A stretch of 64,000 nucleotides of DNA from a bacterium (GTDB lineage: Bacteria; Fidelibacterota; Fidelibacteria; Fidelibacterales; Fidelibacteraceae). Every line of letters begins with the position of its first letter. The first letter of the stretch is position 1. The stretch spans positions 2,144,001 to 2,208,000 of the forward strand of contig OY781066.1 in NCBI GenBank assembly GCA_963676395.1. The letters are read 5' to 3'. The notes below the pieces were generated by a model, which was given only the letters and a program-made list of their open reading frames with translations, searched no databases and was not told the DNA's origin. Position numbers and translations under genes: made by a program. Below are positions 61,415-64,000 of the stretch, one piece after another.

Positions 61415-62176
61415 ATGACTTACCCGATTCTTGCTTACCACAAGATATCGCAGCAATGGGAACTTTCCTTTACTATGCTGTATCCATGCCAGTTTGAGCG
61501 CCAGATGCGCTATTTGGCTAAAAAGGGCTATATAGGTAAGAGTCTGAAAGAATTTCTAATGGATCCTCAGGATAATTATTTTATTCTCACATTTGATGAT
61601 GCATATGAAAATGTCTACGAAAATGCTTTCCCTCTACTGAATGAACTTGATTATACGGCAACTGTGTTTGCTTTAAGTAATTTTATCGGGAAAGAAAATA
61701 CTTGGGATCTTATTCCCGGAAATATTTATTCAAGGCATATGAATGCTGAACAATTAGGTGAACTATGTAAAAACGGCTGGGAAATTGCTTCGCATGGCAG
61801 AGATCATTTAGATATGACAAAGATGGATCCCGGTGAACTTGTTCTTGATCTGAAAGAATCAAAAGAAATATTGGAAAAGATAACAGGGGAGAAGGTCGAT
61901 ACATTTTGCTTTCCTTACGGGAAATATGATACAGCAGTAGTTGAAGCTGCAAAGGCTGAAGGATATAAGCATCTTGTCGGTTACACAGAAAGATCACGCC
62001 TGGGAGTGATTAAGCGTTCCTCTGTTTATAGAGTGGTTGATAACAAATATTCTGTTCTTAGAAAAATTAAATTAAAGCCACTTGGAATGTTTTTTGAACA
62101 TATAAAAGAAGCATTCTTTCATTCCTTTGCTTTGTTTGCAAGATTAAAGCAGAAGTTGGTAGATAGAAGCCGGTAG
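61415..62176 (+). CDS. Polysaccharide deacetylase (CE4)
   Basis: ILAYHKI, LTFDDAY, EIASHGRDH, FCFPYG. Confidence 0.92.
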   Translation: MTYPILAYHKISQQWELSFTMLYPCQFERQMRYLAKKGYIGKSLKEFLMDPQDNYFILTFDDAYENVYENAFPLLNELDYTATVFALSNFIGKENTWDLIPGNIYSRHMNAEQLGELCKNGWEIASHGRDHLDMTKMDPGELVLDLKESKEILEKITGEKVDTFCFPYGKYDTAVVEAAKAEGYKHLVGYTERSRLGVIKRSSVYRVVDNKYSVLRKIKLKPLGMFFEHIKEAFFHSFALFARLKQKLVDRSR

Positions 62177-62405
62177 CCAATAGCCAGAGATAGTTAAGCT
62201 GTTGGTAAAAGAAGAAAATTGCTCATCATTTTTGATAGAGATAATACATCGATTTAGCTTCAACTTTCATGGAATAATCAAGATATATTAAACATTATTG
62301 TGCCAAATATTCATGCAAGCTTTACGTTAAATATGTTAAAAAATATACTTGATTATTAGCTACTTAAGGCAGTAACTTTAAGTAATTAAAAATTGGGTTT
62401 GGCAT

Positions 62406-63176
62406 ATGAAGTACAAAGGTATAAAAAAACTTTATTATTCTATCTCGGAAATATCAGATAAATTAGGAATTAAACCCTCTGTCATTCGATATTGGGAAAC
62501 AGAATTCAAGGATTTAAGTCCTCAGAAAAACAGGGCGGGAAATAGGATCTACAAAGAAGATGATATTGATACTATCCGTTTGATCCATCATTATGTCCAT
62601 GAAAAACATCTATCAATTCATGATGCCAATGAATTGATTCAGGACCTAAAAAAAGAGCATTTATATAAACGAAAAGTAAAAGAATTAAGTACAATTGTTC
62701 CGGAACCAATGACAGAAGAGACATCCGATCCTGAAATTGAAGAAGACATTATTGAAACACCCCCAGAACCAGAAGTGATCAAGGAAGAAACAGTGAAACA
62801 TGATTTACCTTTCGATGAAGGTTTTAAAATTATATCTAAAGACGAAAAGCTTATTTCAAAGCTCGAGCCTTTTGTAGAAGTTGTCAATGAAGAAGAATTC
62901 AAGGACGAAAAAACCGAACCTGTTTTTCAGACAGACCTTGAATTTGAGATTGTTTCTCCTACAAAAGAAACATTTATTTATCCTCTGGATGAAAAGGTAG
63001 ATGAGGAAGACGATATTGAGGAAACCGACAATGGAAGTATCAGTTTGGATACAACTCCTGAGCTACCAGCGCAACCCGATCCAGTAACTCAGATGACCAC
63101 CGATCCCGAAGTAAAAGAATTGCTCAAGAAGATCGCTGGAAATATCAATGATATCATTGGAATATTGAATGAGTAA
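62406..63176 (+). CDS. MerR-family HTH protein with long acidic linker
   Basis: KLYYSISE..VIRYWETEF..PQKNRAGNRIY; E/D/P-rich middle; C-terminal amphipathic helix. Confidence 0.9.
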   Translation: MKYKGIKKLYYSISEISDKLGIKPSVIRYWETEFKDLSPQKNRAGNRIYKEDDIDTIRLIHHYVHEKHLSIHDANELIQDLKKEHLYKRKVKELSTIVPEPMTEETSDPEIEEDIIETPPEPEVIKEETVKHDLPFDEGFKIISKDEKLISKLEPFVEVVNEEEFKDEKTEPVFQTDLEFEIVSPTKETFIYPLDEKVDEEDDIEETDNGSISLDTTPELPAQPDPVTQMTTDPEVKELLKKIAGNINDIIGILNE

Positions 63177-63486
63177 GATATAAAAAGTTACTCGTTACTC
63201 GTAGTTCCTTAGGCAATGCTTGAGGAAATTAAAACAGCACATTATCGCATTTAAACTACCATAATAGATTTCTTGTTTTCGGGATAATCCTTTATATAAT
63301 CATATATCTTTTCAGCAAGGTCAATGCATACCTTCCATACATCTGAATTGTGCTAAGTTTTAGTATCCCTATTAGATCATGTGTTATAAGTTTTGCGTTA
63401 TTCATGGTTTTTAGGATTCTAAAATTATGGGTTAAGATAAGATATGAGCCATGAGCTACGTTTCTACTGGTAATCTAAATAACTTG

Positions 63487-63515
63487 TTGCACCCACCCGA
63501 TAAATATCATATATT
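63487..63515 (+). promoter_or_regulatory. Putative tRNA-Pro promoter
   Basis: TTGCAC-N17-TATATT, same hexamers as the rimP promoter. Confidence 0.65.
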
Positions 63516-63527
63516 TTCCTGCTTTTT

Positions 63528-63601
63528 CGGAGCGTGGCGCAGCCCGGTAGCGCACTTGAATGGGGTTCAAGGGGCCGCAGGTTCAAATCCTGTCGCTCCG
63601 A
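63528..63601 (+). tRNA. tRNA-Pro(GGG)
   Basis: CGGAGCG/CGCTCCG acceptor, CTTGA-ATGGGGT-TCAAG anticodon arm, GCAGG-TTCAAAT-CCTGT T arm. Confidence 0.97.
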
Positions 63602-63607
63602 CAGCAG

Positions 63608-63642
63608 AAACAGGAGAAACACAAATCTCCTGTTTTATTTTT
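63608..63642 (+). terminator. Terminator after tRNA-Pro
   Basis: aaacaggaga...tctcctgttttatttt. Confidence 0.75.
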
Positions 63643-63691
63643 CCCCGTATTTTTTTATATTTTTTCATCAAATCAAATAAGGAATGTTTCC

Positions 63692-64000
63692 ATGAGTACT
63701 TCAACAAGAACATTTACGGGAATCAGCTTGAAGCTGATATGTTTTGTTTTACCGTTAATGATGCTAATACCTTTGATGGCTGAATCTTCATTGCAAGGAC
63801 TGGTGATACTAGCCAGTGACTGGGGATACGAAGAGACGATTGAGGGAAAGAGTTCAAGAATTGCTTCTATTATAAATAAGGCAAAAAAACAGAACTATAA
63901 TGCAATATTTTTTGAAGTAAGAGAAGCGGGGGAGAACATGTATCCGCATCCCGATTCTGTTTGGTCTACCTTATTTAATGAACAGGATCCCGGCTTTGAT
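63692..64000 (+). CDS. Secreted GHL10 (YddW/DigH-like) glycoside hydrolase, 3'-truncated by window
   Basis: Manual translation: signal peptide then NAIFFEVREAGENMYP..VWS..QDPGFD; frame open to the window end. Confidence 0.7.
   Translation, partial: MSTSTRTFTGISLKLICFVLPLMMLIPLMAESSLQGLVILASDWGYEETIEGKSSRIASIINKAKKQNYNAIFFEVREAGENMYPHPDSVWSTLFNEQDPGFD

Noticed and set aside
63451..63783. 110-aa ORF
   Set aside because: Runs through tRNA-Pro and overlaps the real GHL10 gene in another frame

Overview
AT-rich bacterial chromosomal window. Secreted proteins with 'YPNPFNP' C-terminal Ig domains, a DUF5020 protein and sigma70-like promoters suggest an FCB-superphylum organism such as Marinimicrobia, and hydE hints at an anaerobe; both are inferences. 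Core content: mutS, ftsY-rimO, thyA-folA, ybaB-recR-pgsA-pgpA-cinA-thpR, rimP-nusA-infB-rbfA-truB-ribF-rpsO-pnp, and three tRNAs (Ser-GCT, Arg-CCT, Pro-GGG). Most notable: (1) an operon pairing a P-loop-degenerate adenylate-forming enzyme with a GTPase-motif-degenerate EF-G2; (2) a cyclophilin-patatin-large lipoprotein-beta-barrel locus whose lipoprotein is split by a 1-nt frameshift; (3) dispersed decaying GTAG-type REP palindromes, one possibly reused as a terminator; (4) a small island with yefM-yoeB (CGTACG operator pair, toxin His->Tyr), an FG-GAP protein and a deleted C25 peptidase; (5) two ABC ATPases with no permease; (6) a MerR protein with a long acidic insert. No CRISPR array, reverse transcriptase, integrase or intact transposase was seen. 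All family calls come from motif recognition, not database searches.
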